Origin: a bacterium
Lineage (GTDB): Bacteria > Ratteibacteria > UBA8468 > B48-G9 > DSTR01
DNA length: 64,000 nt
Reading direction: 5' to 3'
Assembly: GCA_029551285.1 (NCBI GenBank)
Contig: JAKPFT010000024.1
Location: 1,317-65,316 of the forward strand
Below, piece after piece: positions 54,288 to 64,000 of the stretch. How positions within the stretch are numbered: the first letter of the stretch is position 1; each line of letters starts with the position of its first letter. The position numbers and the translations under genes are program-made. The notes beneath the pieces were generated by a model. It worked only from the letters and a program-made list of their open reading frames with translations, searched no databases and had not been told where the DNA came from.

Positions 54288-54746
54288 TCAACTGGAAGCC
54301 TTAGCCCTGATGACCAGAACCGGGCACGCCGCGGTCCGAATAACCCTTTCCGCTACAGAACCAAACAAAAAGTGATTGAACCCGGTTCGGCCGTGGGTGC
54401 AGATGGCTATCAGGTCCACCTGATAGTGGCTGGCCAGTTCGGCGATGGATTCGGCTGGCTGGCCCAACCGCACCACTGTTTTGACCTTCAGTTTCCTGTC
54501 TTTCTGGAGTAAGCGTTCGGCCAGTTTCTTCAGGTTATTTCTGGCTGAGGAGAGCATTTCTTTCTCGTACCTGGTGACATCAAAGTTCAGCGAAGGCGGA
54601 GAGACAGGAATGGGCTGGACTATGTGGCCAATGATAATCTGGGCTCTGAAAGACCGGGCCAGGGTAATAACAGTCTCCATAGCCTGTTCCGCTAAGGCAC
54701 TGAAGTCTGTCGGCCAGAGTATTCTTTTTATCTTCTTCACCATCAC
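54288..54746 (-). CDS. Universal stress protein (UspA family)
   Basis: ILWPTDFS..; C-terminal LIAICTHGRTGFNHFLFGSVAERVIRTAACPVLVIR (ATP-binding G-x2-G-x9-G-S/T motif region). Confidence 0.9.
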   Translation of the reverse strand: MMVKKIKRILWPTDFSALAEQAMETVITLARSFRAQIIIGHIVQPIPVSPPSLNFDVTRYEKEMLSSARNNLKKLAERLLQKDRKLKVKTVVRLGQPAESIAELASHYQVDLIAICTHGRTGFNHFLFGSVAERVIRTAACPVLVIRAKASS

Positions 54747-54771
54747 CTCCAGGTTTTCCGAGTAAGACGGT

Positions 54772-54981
54772 TTACTCCAGGTTGAAAAACATGGACATCA
54801 AATAGCCCAGCGCAAAAGAGATGAGACCAAAAGCAGCAAAGAGCGCCACCTTCTGGCCGCTGCCGCCAGCCATAGCATAGCCCACTGCGCCAAGAATCAT
54901 GACAAACCCCACCCGGGGACCCAGCCAGGCTAAGGTTTCTGCCAGATCTTCAAGCCAGACTTTCAGACCCATCAGCCTCAC
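54772..54981 (-). CDS. Small two-TM membrane protein (hypothetical)
   Basis: 69-aa hydrophobic ORF, co-directional with and 25 nt upstream of usp. Confidence 0.4.
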   Translation of the reverse strand: MRLMGLKVWLEDLAETLAWLGPRVGFVMILGAVGYAMAGGSGQKVALFAAFGLISFALGYLMSMFFNLE

Positions 54982-55074
54982 CCGCTTCCATTATACTTCT
55001 TTTCCCGGAGAAGAAAAATTTCCCTGAAGGCGGAACTTTGAAGTAGACTATGGCGTCACCCTGAAGAGGAAACC

Positions 55075-55887
55075 ATGGCCGAATGGTTTAGCGAACTTTC
55101 TCCAGTCTGGCAGTCTTTTCTGGCGACTGTATTTACCTGGGCGATGACGGCCGCCGGAGCGGCCCTGGTCTTTTTTTTTAAAACCGCCTCCAGAAAGGTC
55201 CTTGATCCCATGTTGGGTTTTTCTGCCGGGGTGATGTTAGCGGCCAGCTTCTGGTCTCTGCTGGCTCCCGCGATTGCCTTAAGTGCCGCTTCCGGACAGT
55301 CAGCCTGGATGGCTCCGGCCATCGGGTTTGCGGCCGGCGGCTTTTTCCTCTGGCTGGCGGACAAGATTCTGCCCCATCTGCACCCAGGATTTCCGGCATC
55401 TTCGGCTGAAGGGTTAAAAACTTCCTGGCAACGTTCCATCCTTCTGGTTCTGGCCATTACCCTGCACAACATCCCGGAAGGGCTGGCGGTCGGAGTCTCC
55501 TTTGGAGCCGCAGCCAGTCACTTACCCGGGACATCTCTTCTGACAGCAGTTTCGCTGGCCTTAGGTATTGGCCTGCAGAATCTTCCGGAAGGTACCGCGG
55601 TAGCCTTACCGCTGCGACGGGAAGGAATGTCTCTGGCAAGGAGTTTCTGGTACGGGCAGCTTTCAGGAGTGGTGGAACCGATGGCCGCGGTCGCTGGAGC
55701 GGCCGCGGTCCTGGCGATTAAACCGGCTCTGCCCTACGCGTTGAGTTTTGCTGCTGGCGCCATGATTTTTGTCGTGGTGGAGGAACTGATTCCCGAATCC
55801 CAGTTAGGCCAGCAGACAGACCTGGCTACCTTAGGTACCATCGCTGGTTTTCTGACGATGATGGTGCTGGATGTGGCTTTAGGGTAA
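55075..55887 (+). CDS. ZIP-family divalent metal transporter (ZupT-like)
   Basis: [10 protein letters not shown] and [10 protein letters not shown] motifs; polytopic; ~270 aa. Confidence 0.9.
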   Translation: MAEWFSELSPVWQSFLATVFTWAMTAAGAALVFFFKTASRKVLDPMLGFSAGVMLAASFWSLLAPAIALSAASGQSAWMAPAIGFAAGGFFLWLADKILPHLHPGFPASSAEGLKTSWQRSILLVLAITLHNIPEGLAVGVSFGAAASHLPGTSLLTAVSLALGIGLQNLPEGTAVALPLRREGMSLARSFWYGQLSGVVEPMAAVAGAAAVLAIKPALPYALSFAAGAMIFVVVEELIPESQLGQQTDLATLGTIAGFLTMMVLDVALG

Positions 55888-56556
55888 TCACCGCGCTTTA
55901 ATCGCCAGAATACGCGCCAGGTCTCCGGCCCGGTCAATGCTGTCAATCATCTCTTCCAGGGTATCAATAATTTCGTAAACAATCAGCAACCTCGGACCGC
56001 TCAGGTCAGAATTAAGAAGCAGCAGCATCAACTCGCGTTTGCGGTCATCGCCCTCTTCTTCCAGAGTTTCAATCTGGGCGCAGTGTTCCAGAACCTTCTC
56101 GGTACCGTTCTGCACCAGCGCCATGATGGCCTGCTTTAACTTTTCTGCGGCCTTGACCGCCAGCAGACTATCCTCCACCACCCGCTGCATCAACTCCGGT
56201 GCCAGCGGTTCCTGAATGAATTCTAACAGGCGGGCTACACCTTTGGCATTGTCCGCGATGTCGTTGAGGGCTTCATTCAGAAACATTAAGTCCTCGCGGT
56301 CAGGCGGCAGCAACATCCCCCGGGAAAGTTCCTCCATCATCATCCGGCGAATTTCATCACCTTCATGCTCAGCCTGTTTCACCGCGTTGATGGCCTGGGC
56401 TTTATTCTCATGGTCACGCTGAGCCAGTGACTCCAGAGCCCTTTTTAGTTCCCGCACGCAGGTCAACGACCTGGTGACGTGACTGAGGGCATCATTGAGA
56501 ATTTTCTTCTCCTCCCTTTCTCCCAGCCAGGCCAGAATATTGTGTGTCCTTGCCAT
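55888..56556 (-). CDS. DUF47 / PhoU-like phosphate transport regulator (YkaA-type)
   Basis: Helical protein directly downstream of a PiT gene, the classic pairing. Start placed at MARTHNILAW (56556) after AAGGAGGC. Confidence 0.8.
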   Translation of the reverse strand: MARTHNILAWLGEREEKKILNDALSHVTRSLTCVRELKRALESLAQRDHENKAQAINAVKQAEHEGDEIRRMMMEELSRGMLLPPDREDLMFLNEALNDIADNAKGVARLLEFIQEPLAPELMQRVVEDSLLAVKAAEKLKQAIMALVQNGTEKVLEHCAQIETLEEEGDDRKRELMLLLLNSDLSGPRLLIVYEIIDTLEEMIDSIDRAGDLARILAIKAR

Positions 56557-56566
56557 GAAAGCCTCC

Positions 56567-57529
56567 TTACATGAATAATACCACCAATTTAACCACAGCC
56601 CAACTGATCGCGCCGGCGACCACTGGCGTGACAGCCCAGGTGACAAAGATATCCCGGACCAATCTTAGATTAAGTGCTTTTATTCCGGTGGCCAACCCCA
56701 CGCCAAAGATGGCCCCCACAATGGAATGAGAAGTGGACACCGGTATTCCCCAGAGTGTGTAAAGATGGACGTTCACGGAAGAAGCAATCTCCGCTGCCAC
56801 CGTCATCAGAGGCGTCAAATTAGTAATCTGAAAGCCGATGGTCTCAATCACCCGGTGTCCCCAGGTAACCACACCCAGAAGAATGGCTGCGGCTCCGATT
56901 ACGGCGGCCTGCTGTGCGGAAAACTTACCTGTTCCGGTAAGCAACCCTGTCGCGTTGGCCACATCGTTGCCACCCCAGGTGAAGGCCAGGTACATACTGG
57001 TCAGGTAAATCAAAACTACAATAAGACGGTCGCCAATCTTTCTTACCGCCGGCCGGCCAAAAATCCAGGCCAGAAAAGGGTAAAGAACCAGGGCAAAAAT
57101 TGCTGAGCCTAACGGTGTCACTATCCAGCAGATAACAATCTGACTCATCTTTTCCCAGAGCACCACGGTGTGGCAGGCCAGCCCGGCGCCAGCGACACCA
57201 CCCACAATGGCATGGGAAGTGGAAACCGGAAACTTAAGGTAGGTGGCCAACGTCACCCAGGAAGCGGCCCCGAAGACAGCGGCAAAAGCGATCGTCATAG
57301 CCTGCTGATGGGGTAAACTGGCCAGGGGCACAATGCCCTTCCCGATAGTTTTAATTACCTGCCCACCAAGCAGGACGGCTCCCAGAAAACAGAAGACACA
57401 GGTAAGGACGATGCCAGTCCGGACCGACATAACTCCGGAACCAATGTCTGCGCCAACACAGTTGGCCGCATCGTTGGCTCCCATTGACCAGCCCATGTAA
57501 AGCGCACACAGGAAGGCTAAGAGGAGCAT
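56567..57529 (-). CDS. Inorganic phosphate transporter, PiT (PHO4) family
   Basis: Duplicated signature GANDAANCVG and GGNDVANATG; polytopic. Confidence 0.9.
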   Translation of the reverse strand: MLLLAFLCALYMGWSMGANDAANCVGADIGSGVMSVRTGIVLTCVFCFLGAVLLGGQVIKTIGKGIVPLASLPHQQAMTIAFAAVFGAASWVTLATYLKFPVSTSHAIVGGVAGAGLACHTVVLWEKMSQIVICWIVTPLGSAIFALVLYPFLAWIFGRPAVRKIGDRLIVVLIYLTSMYLAFTWGGNDVANATGLLTGTGKFSAQQAAVIGAAAILLGVVTWGHRVIETIGFQITNLTPLMTVAAEIASSVNVHLYTLWGIPVSTSHSIVGAIFGVGLATGIKALNLRLVRDIFVTWAVTPVVAGAISWAVVKLVVLFM

Positions 57530-57616
57530 CTTTTTCCCTCAACTATTTCTAACAAACTCTCTTAAGGATAACATGCTCTTTCAACCGCAGCGAGAGCAAG
57601 AGCCGTTTATCCCCTG

Positions 57617-59041
57617 TTACGGCGCTGGCTCCAGCAGATAATAATTGCCAATAATGCGGCTCAGTACGTAGTTTTTCTTAAGCTCGCGGAGGAAAGCCGG
57701 AGTAAAAAATACTGACTGCTGCTGGTAACTTTCAGCGCTGACGATGATGGCTGAGAATTTTTTCTGCTGCACCATTTTCAAGAGGGGCTCTTCCTGCCAG
57801 CGACCAACCACGGCTAACCGGGCAAACTGATAGGGCTGCAGGAAAATTTCCTTACCAGAAAGTAGCAGGTAGCCCGGGTCCTCACAGATGACAGGTTCAG
57901 CCAGAGGACCAAGGTAACCGCGCAGAAGCTGACCAATTTCCCGCTCCACCTTTCCCGGGGTCAAACCAGAAACCGCCGCGGGCACTTCCTGACCATAGGT
58001 TCTGGTGAAAACCGGCGCTGGCTTCAGTGGCAGATAAAGGAAAAGCTGGGCCAGCGCTAAAAGATAAGTCGTCTGCCGGGGCTGGCTAAGGCTGAACAGA
58101 AACCCGAAGGCGAGACTTCCGGCGGCTACCATCTCCAGATAGTAGTTTTCCTCAGCCCCCACCTTAAGACTGCCAGCAAGAGCGACCAGCACCAGCAGCC
58201 AGTAAAACTGCCAGAACCTTTCCGCTCTGCCTTTCAGCACCAGAACAATGGCTGCCAGCAGGAAAGGATGCCGGCCGAAAACCTGTACCAGAAGATGACC
58301 GAACTGTTTCCAGGAAAGTCCGAGCAGATTCATCTGCCAGAAATGCTGCCAGAAAGCCTCTGCCCGGAATAAGATGGCGACCAGGAAAAACAGAGTCAGA
58401 AAAATCAGAAAACTCAGAAGGAAGATCAAACCTCTTTTCTTCTCCATCCAGCCCCGGCCACAGGCCAGAGCCGCGGCCAAGAAAAATGGTTTTACCGAAA
58501 GGGCTGAGGCGCTCAAAAGACCACACCAGATGGCTCCAGCCTTAGAACGACTTTTCTCGGTGAGAAATAAACTCGCCAGAGTTAGCGTCAGACCTGTGGT
58601 GTCTGGCTGGACCACAGCAGTAGCATAAAGGGTAACCGGCGAAAAAAGAAAAAGCGCTCCGCAGGCCACTGCCGCCGTGAGACCCGCTTTCTTTTTTACC
58701 ATCAGGATAATCAACCAGGCGCCAGCCAGCAGGGAAAGAAAACTCACCAGCCGTCCAGGGAAGAACAGACCCATCTTTGAGCCCACCCGCTGAAGTGGCC
58801 AGACCAGGAAATAAAAAGTTGGAGGATAAGGATTGTGGAGATAAGGACCGGTAGGGGAAACAGCCGGATAGAGACTGGCTCCCTTTATCAGGCGAAGCAC
58901 CCAGTTGGTCATCACCCCTTCCCGGTAATGAAGTGGATAAGGGAAGAAAAGACAACCAAGCGCATGGCGAAAAAAGAAAAACAAACTGGCCAGACAAACC
59001 AGCCAGACAACCACTTCTAATTGCCGCTTTGTGCTTTTCAT
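57617..59041 (-). CDS. Polytopic membrane protein, possible PMT/ArnT-like glycosyltransferase
   Basis: About 10 predicted TM segments followed by a ~120-aa soluble tail. Adjacent to a clearer PMT/ArnT-like gene. The function call is weak. Confidence 0.6.
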   Translation of the reverse strand: MKSTKRQLEVVVWLVCLASLFFFFRHALGCLFFPYPLHYREGVMTNWVLRLIKGASLYPAVSPTGPYLHNPYPPTFYFLVWPLQRVGSKMGLFFPGRLVSFLSLLAGAWLIILMVKKKAGLTAAVACGALFLFSPVTLYATAVVQPDTTGLTLTLASLFLTEKSRSKAGAIWCGLLSASALSVKPFFLAAALACGRGWMEKKRGLIFLLSFLIFLTLFFLVAILFRAEAFWQHFWQMNLLGLSWKQFGHLLVQVFGRHPFLLAAIVLVLKGRAERFWQFYWLLVLVALAGSLKVGAEENYYLEMVAAGSLAFGFLFSLSQPRQTTYLLALAQLFLYLPLKPAPVFTRTYGQEVPAAVSGLTPGKVEREIGQLLRGYLGPLAEPVICEDPGYLLLSGKEIFLQPYQFARLAVVGRWQEEPLLKMVQQKKFSAIIVSAESYQQQSVFFTPAFLRELKKNYVLSRIIGNYYLLEPAP

Positions 59042-59045
59042 GCCT

Positions 59046-60620
59046 CTACCGCCTTCGCCTCACCAGAATCAGGGAAAGCCGGTCGACAAAGCCCAATCCC
59101 TGAAAGTGATGGTTACCGGTTGAGAGGGAAATCACGCTGTTGTTAGCCACGACCTGGCCATCAATCATCAACTCCTGACCAACCCAGGAAATTTGATACT
59201 CACCCGCAATCGGTATTTCTACATCTGAACCTTCCATCGCCAGCAGGGACCGGTCAATACTCAGTCCGGGCATGTAAACTTCAGTATTGCCCACCGGCTG
59301 ATAATGCATTTTGATGAAATCCTGGAGTTCCACCGGCATCTCCTTTACCCGGTAGTCAAAAATAACCACCGGATAGTTCAACCTCTGAAGTTCCCTGATG
59401 GTCTCCCCGGCGTATCTCCCAGGGTCAATCATCGCCATAATTCCCCGATGCATACAGGCGTGAAAACCGACATGTGGCCGGTAGAACATCAATCCCCTTC
59501 CGTCAAACACCGGACCACGGCCCGGGTCAACTTTCTCCACCAGAGCCATAGTCGCCAGGTCCTTTCTGTTACCATGAACATCACCGCTCCAGAGCCGCAC
59601 CAGTCCCGGCAAAGAACCAGCCAGAACCATTACCACCAGGGCCAGCCCCTGTTGAGGAAAGGATTTCAAGAAAAGCGAAAGGGTCAAGGAAGCCGCTATG
59701 GCCAGGGCAGGGAAAAGGGGCAGGAAAGTTTGCCGGTATGGTTCTGGTATCACAAAAATTCCCAACAGACTCCCTCCCAGTGCCCCCACAAGGACCAGGC
59801 TGCGTTCTGGTTTCTCCAGAAATCCAGCTAAAACTCCGGCCAGAGCCAGACCCGCCAGGCCTGCCGCGGTGGCGAAGGCTTCAAAGAGATAACCCTGCGG
59901 AGAGAAACGGTGCCGCCAGAAAATATTATTAATGAGCGCCAGTCTGAGAAACTCCGGAAAGAGTCGGTTCAGCGCAAGGTAAACAATCAGGGGTAAACAG
60001 CTACTGGCTGCTCCCAGAAAAAGAAGAAGGATAGCCGCCGCTGACTGAGTAAAAAGAAAGACAAGAACCAGACCAAAAACAGGAAAGATGTATTTGCCGG
60101 AAAAAAGCACGGTTAATCCAGCCAGAAGACCGACCAGAAAAGATTTTCCGTAACCGGGGGGCCTTGCCTCAGTTTCCAGAAGGCCCAGCACCGCCAGTGT
60201 AAAAGTGAGTATCGCCGGGGCTTCCGGTCTGGCTTCGGTCATCTTTCCGGCAAACATGGGCACCCAGGCTAAAAGCCAGGTAGCACCAAGGGCTGGCCAG
60301 GTACCATCCTGCCGCTTGCCAAACCGATAAATTACTACCAGCGTGGCCCCTGCGCAGAGAAGACTTATCGCCCGGAAAAGAAAAATGAGCCATGGTCCCT
60401 CAGGCAGGCGCAGCAGCGGGGAAAGAAGAAGATGGTAAAAAGGTACGTGGTGCTCAAAGAAGTCGCGGAAAGGAAGAACTCCCCGGCTGATTAACCAGGC
60501 TATGTGGATATGCTGAAATTCATCCTCGTCAAAATAACGCCAGCCAGCCAGTCCCAGCCAGCCCAGAGCCATCAACAATTTAACCAGGAAGGCCCAGGGA
60601 AAATTTCTGATTCTGGCCAT
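59046..60620 (-). CDS. PMT/ArnT-like (GT39/GT83-type) membrane glycosyltransferase
   Basis: The first-loop acidic motif YFDEDEFQHIH resembles the DE(x)HF motif of GT-C enzymes. Polytopic, with a C-terminal soluble domain. Confidence 0.7.
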   Translation of the reverse strand: MARIRNFPWAFLVKLLMALGWLGLAGWRYFDEDEFQHIHIAWLISRGVLPFRDFFEHHVPFYHLLLSPLLRLPEGPWLIFLFRAISLLCAGATLVVIYRFGKRQDGTWPALGATWLLAWVPMFAGKMTEARPEAPAILTFTLAVLGLLETEARPPGYGKSFLVGLLAGLTVLFSGKYIFPVFGLVLVFLFTQSAAAILLLFLGAASSCLPLIVYLALNRLFPEFLRLALINNIFWRHRFSPQGYLFEAFATAAGLAGLALAGVLAGFLEKPERSLVLVGALGGSLLGIFVIPEPYRQTFLPLFPALAIAASLTLSLFLKSFPQQGLALVVMVLAGSLPGLVRLWSGDVHGNRKDLATMALVEKVDPGRGPVFDGRGLMFYRPHVGFHACMHRGIMAMIDPGRYAGETIRELQRLNYPVVIFDYRVKEMPVELQDFIKMHYQPVGNTEVYMPGLSIDRSLLAMEGSDVEIPIAGEYQISWVGQELMIDGQVVANNSVISLSTGNHHFQGLGFVDRLSLILVRRRR

Positions 60621-60622
60621 CT

Positions 60623-63124
60623 TTAACGCGTAAAGAGGAAATTTCTTCTCAGGGAGAAGTTGACGCGAAACTCACCGCCAGCACTCACGCGGGCTTTCCC
60701 CGGGGGGGCTTGAGTGACAGCAGAGACATCTTTCAGAGGAGAGAGAAACCAGCCGGTTTCTGTTTTCTCGCCGAAGTCAACCTCCACCGGGCTGAGCTGT
60801 CCCGCGGTGATTTTCACCTGCCGGGAAACTTCCGGCCAGTTAGGGGCCTTCACCACCAACGGATAGTCTCCCGGCGGAAGGGGCAGAAGAAGTCCGACCG
60901 AAGGATAAACCGGCACCCTGACTCCCGAAAAAATCACAAAGGCATTTTCCACCGGCCGACCGGAGGCGGTAGTTTGAACCTTTAACACGCCTGGCCTGGA
61001 TGGCTGACCGACGTCAAAGGGGCTGCTGTTGGTATAAATCCATTCACCCTGGCTATCAGTCACCTCCACCCAGAAAGTGTGGAGAACACCGGGAATGGTG
61101 CGGGAAGCAGGAAAGTTGACACTGCCTATTTCTGCCTGCCGGTGACCGTCCACATCAAAAGCAATGACACCTCTGGCTAACTCAGTGATGCCCCTCAGAA
61201 TTTTCCAGGTAGCCGTCAGCCGGCTGGCCTTCAGTCCTCTGGGGTTGAAGTAACGAAGGGAAACCCTCCAGGAACCATCAGCCGGACAGAGAGCATTGTC
61301 TTCGCACAGAAAAAGGCGCAGGTCTCCCCGCAAAAGATTAGCCGCGGTATAAGCCAGAAGTTTGCCCTGGCGCTTCTCCTCCAGAAGACCGTGGTAACAA
61401 AGGGTATTATCCCGATGAAAATCACTCAGGGTCCAGAGAGAGACTCCGCAGATGTGCTCCGAGGCTGTGGCCGCGTATTGAAAACCAAACCTGACCACAT
61501 GGTCCTGGTAGGTTTCCGAACCGCGCGATTGGTCTCCGTAGCCACCATCCAGCCGGCCAGGATTAGCCAGCGCACCCTGCTCCGCTACCCAGACAGGTTT
61601 ACCCGAAGCCGCCTGCAAAACCAGCGGTAGATTCTCCCTCAGAGCATAAACGCTTTTGGAATGGTACCAGCCGTAGTGAAAATTTCTGGCCAGAAAATCC
61701 ACCAGTCTGGTGGACTCAAGTTCCGCCGCGGAAGCAAAGACAATCGTCACCGGCCGGCTGCTATCTAAGGAGCGAACCAGACCGGTGGCTTTCTCATTGT
61801 AAAGCGGGGTGCCGTGCTGTTCGTTAGCCACCCCCCAGAAACAAACACAGGCGTGATTGCGCAAGGTGGCAATCATCTCTTCTATCTGCGGCTTCAACCA
61901 GAAACGCCAGGCCGGCTCTGATTCGGCAAAAACCTTTTTAATCTGCCAGGAAGGAATCTCCGAGAAGACAATAATACCCAACCGATCGCAAAGCTCGTAC
62001 AACAGTGGATGGTTGGGGTAATGGCCCGGCCTTAAGGTGTTGGCGTGGAACACATTTTTCAAAAGGGTCAGGTCTGCCTCCCGCATGCTCTCGGTAAGAC
62101 ACGGACCAGCGCCGGGATATTCCTCATGCTGGCCAAAGCCCTGGAGCCACAGCCGTTGATTGTTCAGGTAGAAAAAACCCTGGCGCAAAGAAATCTCCCT
62201 CAGCCCCAGGGGAAAAGAAACAACCTGCCAGCCACCGTACTTCCATCCAAGGTTAAGCGTGTAAAGATAAGGGTCTTCCGGAGACCATAACCGGGGTTTT
62301 TCCACGGGCAATTCCAGCCGAACCGGCAACGCCCCTCCGGGTTTGACAGAGACACTGACTTCCCGGGCAACCACCAGACCGGTTTCTGCTTTCACCTGGG
62401 CTGAAAGAACACCGCGGTAATTCCTGGCGGTATCATTTTTCATGGTGGCTTCTACGGTAAGAAGAGTCGGCCCTTTCTCCGGAACACTTACTCTGGTGGA
62501 GATTCCTTCAGGATAAACAGGAGTCCGGTGCAAGAGATAAACTTCCCGATAAAGACCGCCGAAAGACTGCCAGCCCAAGTGTCGGGAAGGAATGGTCTCT
62601 TCTGAAAGACGGTTGTCCACTCTTACCACAATCTCGGCTCTTAAACCAGGTTTGACCAGGGAAGTAATCTCAAAATAGAATGGTGTGTAGCCTCCCCGAT
62701 GCACCCCCGCATAACGACCGTTCACCCAGACATCAGCCACATGCATGGCTCCCAGGAAAACCAGAATAACCTGCTGGTTCCAGTGCCGGGGAATAATGAA
62801 AGACTTAGCGTACCAGCCCAGACCGGTGTAAATGGGATAGGTCACCTGACCCGGCCGTTTTCCCCAGACACCAGGGACGGCTACCGGACGCCAGCTGCTC
62901 CGGTTCCAGGAATTTTGATACCAGCCAGCCTCAGCACCCTCGTCTTTCGGGTCTTCCAGAAAAAACCAGGTACTGGAAAGGTCCAGCGAATCGCTGAACG
63001 CCATGTCTCGCAAGGGGAAAGAGGCGGCACTCACCCGGGAAGCAACAATGCCTGTCAGAAAAAAAAGACCGGCTGACAGCATCCGGGAAAGACGAACAAA
63101 TTCAGGTAAGGACCGGAAGGACAT
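60623..63124 (-). CDS. Glycoside hydrolase family 2 (beta-galactosidase / beta-glucuronidase-like)
   Basis: Signal-like N-terminus. PYLYTLNL..PLGLREISLRQGFFYLNNQRLWLQGFGQHEEY, NTLRPGHYPNHP, acid/base WGVANEQ, candidate nucleophile VWVAEQG. Confidence 0.9.
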   Translation of the reverse strand: MSFRSLPEFVRLSRMLSAGLFFLTGIVASRVSAASFPLRDMAFSDSLDLSSTWFFLEDPKDEGAEAGWYQNSWNRSSWRPVAVPGVWGKRPGQVTYPIYTGLGWYAKSFIIPRHWNQQVILVFLGAMHVADVWVNGRYAGVHRGGYTPFYFEITSLVKPGLRAEIVVRVDNRLSEETIPSRHLGWQSFGGLYREVYLLHRTPVYPEGISTRVSVPEKGPTLLTVEATMKNDTARNYRGVLSAQVKAETGLVVAREVSVSVKPGGALPVRLELPVEKPRLWSPEDPYLYTLNLGWKYGGWQVVSFPLGLREISLRQGFFYLNNQRLWLQGFGQHEEYPGAGPCLTESMREADLTLLKNVFHANTLRPGHYPNHPLLYELCDRLGIIVFSEIPSWQIKKVFAESEPAWRFWLKPQIEEMIATLRNHACVCFWGVANEQHGTPLYNEKATGLVRSLDSSRPVTIVFASAAELESTRLVDFLARNFHYGWYHSKSVYALRENLPLVLQAASGKPVWVAEQGALANPGRLDGGYGDQSRGSETYQDHVVRFGFQYAATASEHICGVSLWTLSDFHRDNTLCYHGLLEEKRQGKLLAYTAANLLRGDLRLFLCEDNALCPADGSWRVSLRYFNPRGLKASRLTATWKILRGITELARGVIAFDVDGHRQAEIGSVNFPASRTIPGVLHTFWVEVTDSQGEWIYTNSSPFDVGQPSRPGVLKVQTTASGRPVENAFVIFSGVRVPVYPSVGLLLPLPPGDYPLVVKAPNWPEVSRQVKITAGQLSPVEVDFGEKTETGWFLSPLKDVSAVTQAPPGKARVSAGGEFRVNFSLRRNFLFTR

Positions 63125-63126
63125 GT

Positions 63127-64000
63127 CTATTTAACCGTTGCCGCTTGCCGCAGCAACCCCTGGAAAGCAGAAACTATTTCTTCCTCCAGTTTTACCAGCT
63201 CGGCCAGCCGCTCTTCCGGGACATAGCGACCCAGGGAAATTTTCTGACGCACCGGCAAGGTCCTTATCTTATCCATCTCCACCCCTTTTTCCAGAGCCTG
63301 GCTGGCTAACCGGTGAAAAGTCATAATGGCATGGAGCATCAGAAACTGTTTTTTCAGCGTGGTGTAGGCATCCCGTTCGTCAAAAGCACTCTGGTGCAGA
63401 AAATCCTCCCGGAGAGAACGGGCGGTTTCCAGAATCAGCCTGTCGGAAGCAGAGAGTGTCTCCATTCCGACCAGCCGAACGATCTCTAACAGTTCCGCTT
63501 CCCGCTGGAGAAGAGAAAGAGCCTCCTTCCTTTCCCGGGCAAAGTCAGGCGCAATCTCCCGGGACAAAAACGGAACCACGCTTTCGTCGTAAAGGGAATA
63601 ACTATTTAGCCAGTTGATGGCCGGAAAGTGACGCTGGTAAGCCAGCCGGTCATCCAGCCCCCAGAAGACCTTAACTACCCGCAGGGTCATCTGCACCACC
63701 GGGTCGGTTAAGTCTCCACCCGGCGGGCTAACCGCTCCGATGATGGAGAGAGAACCTTCCCGTTCAGGTTTTCCCTGGCAGTTAACCCGGCCCGCTCTTT
63801 CGTAGAAAGAGGCCACCGCTGTTCCTAAATAGGCCGGATATCCCTCCTCGCCCGGCATCTCTTCCATTCTCCCTGAGATTTCTCTCAGGGCTTCAGCCCA
63901 GCGACTGGTGGAATCAGCCATCAAAGCCACTGAATAACCCATGTCCCGGAAGTATTCCGCAATGGTGACCCCGGTATAAACAGAGGCTTCTCTGGCAGCC
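63127..64000 (-). CDS. atpA: V/A-type ATP synthase catalytic subunit A (3' part; 5' end outside the window)
   Basis: REASVYTGVTIAEYFRDMGYSVALMADSTSRWAEALREISGRMEEMPGEEGYPAYL is the conserved A-subunit core. The frame stays open to the window edge. Confidence 0.9.
   Translation of the reverse strand, partial: AAREASVYTGVTIAEYFRDMGYSVALMADSTSRWAEALREISGRMEEMPGEEGYPAYLGTAVASFYERAGRVNCQGKPEREGSLSIIGAVSPPGGDLTDPVVQMTLRVVKVFWGLDDRLAYQRHFPAINWLNSYSLYDESVVPFLSREIAPDFARERKEALSLLQREAELLEIVRLVGMETLSASDRLILETARSLREDFLHQSAFDERDAYTTLKKQFLMLHAIMTFHRLASQALEKGVEMDKIRTLPVRQKISLGRYVPEERLAELVKLEEEIVSAFQGLLRQAATVK

Noticed and set aside
1-64000. Mobile genetic elements, prophage, rRNA/tRNA genes and toxin-antitoxin or defence systems.
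   Set aside because: I recognised no transposase, integrase, recombinase, phage structural, cas or restriction-type protein signatures in any frame, and no tRNA-like cloverleaf in the larger intergenic gaps. Absence cannot be proven without tRNAscan/Infernal and HMM searches.

Overview
Moderately GC-rich bacterial window dominated by glycan-degradation-type genes. The gene content looks PVC-like (Planctomycetota/Verrucomicrobiota/Lentisphaerota or similar): many prepilin-type GFTLIELLV / H-X9-DG pseudopilin-like proteins, DUF4838 paralogs, a sulfatase, a BNR sialidase-like gene and giant secreted CBM9-like proteins. The taxon cannot be fixed from this window.

Minus-strand block, 9.6-25.9 kb:
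- a good sigma70-type promoter (25985-26013)
- one pseudopilin-like gene
- three paralogous >1100-aa secreted proteins, the middle one interrupted by a single in-frame TGA
- a two-domain ADP-ribosylglycohydrolase-family gene whose conserved N-terminal motif lies upstream of any canonical start codon (apparent ATT start)
- a URO-D-family gene and a Cys-type sulfatase

Plus-strand block, 34.0-53.6 kb:
- a GntR-HTH/LacI-type regulator with a textbook promoter
- four tandem pseudopilin-like genes and a DUF2341+LamG lectin-like gene
- a GH2-like 1160-aa protein
- three tandem DUF4838 paralogs

The most unusual feature is a ~250-310 nt highly structured element. It occurs five times (28.3, 35.1, a 39.5/39.8 kb tandem pair, and a diverged copy at 53.7 kb), always between and sense to co-directional genes. 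Several helices show compensatory base changes and no reading frame is conserved. It is a candidate undescribed cis-acting RNA or structured repeat family.

Other genes: hypD-hypE, an MBL-fold hydrolase, a UPF0126 membrane protein, a metallophosphoesterase, an amidohydrolase, Usp, a ZIP transporter, a DUF47-PiT pair, two PMT/ArnT-like membrane proteins, a GH2 gene, and the 3' part of V-type ATPase subunit A. I recognised no rRNA, tRNA, CRISPR array, transposase or integrase.
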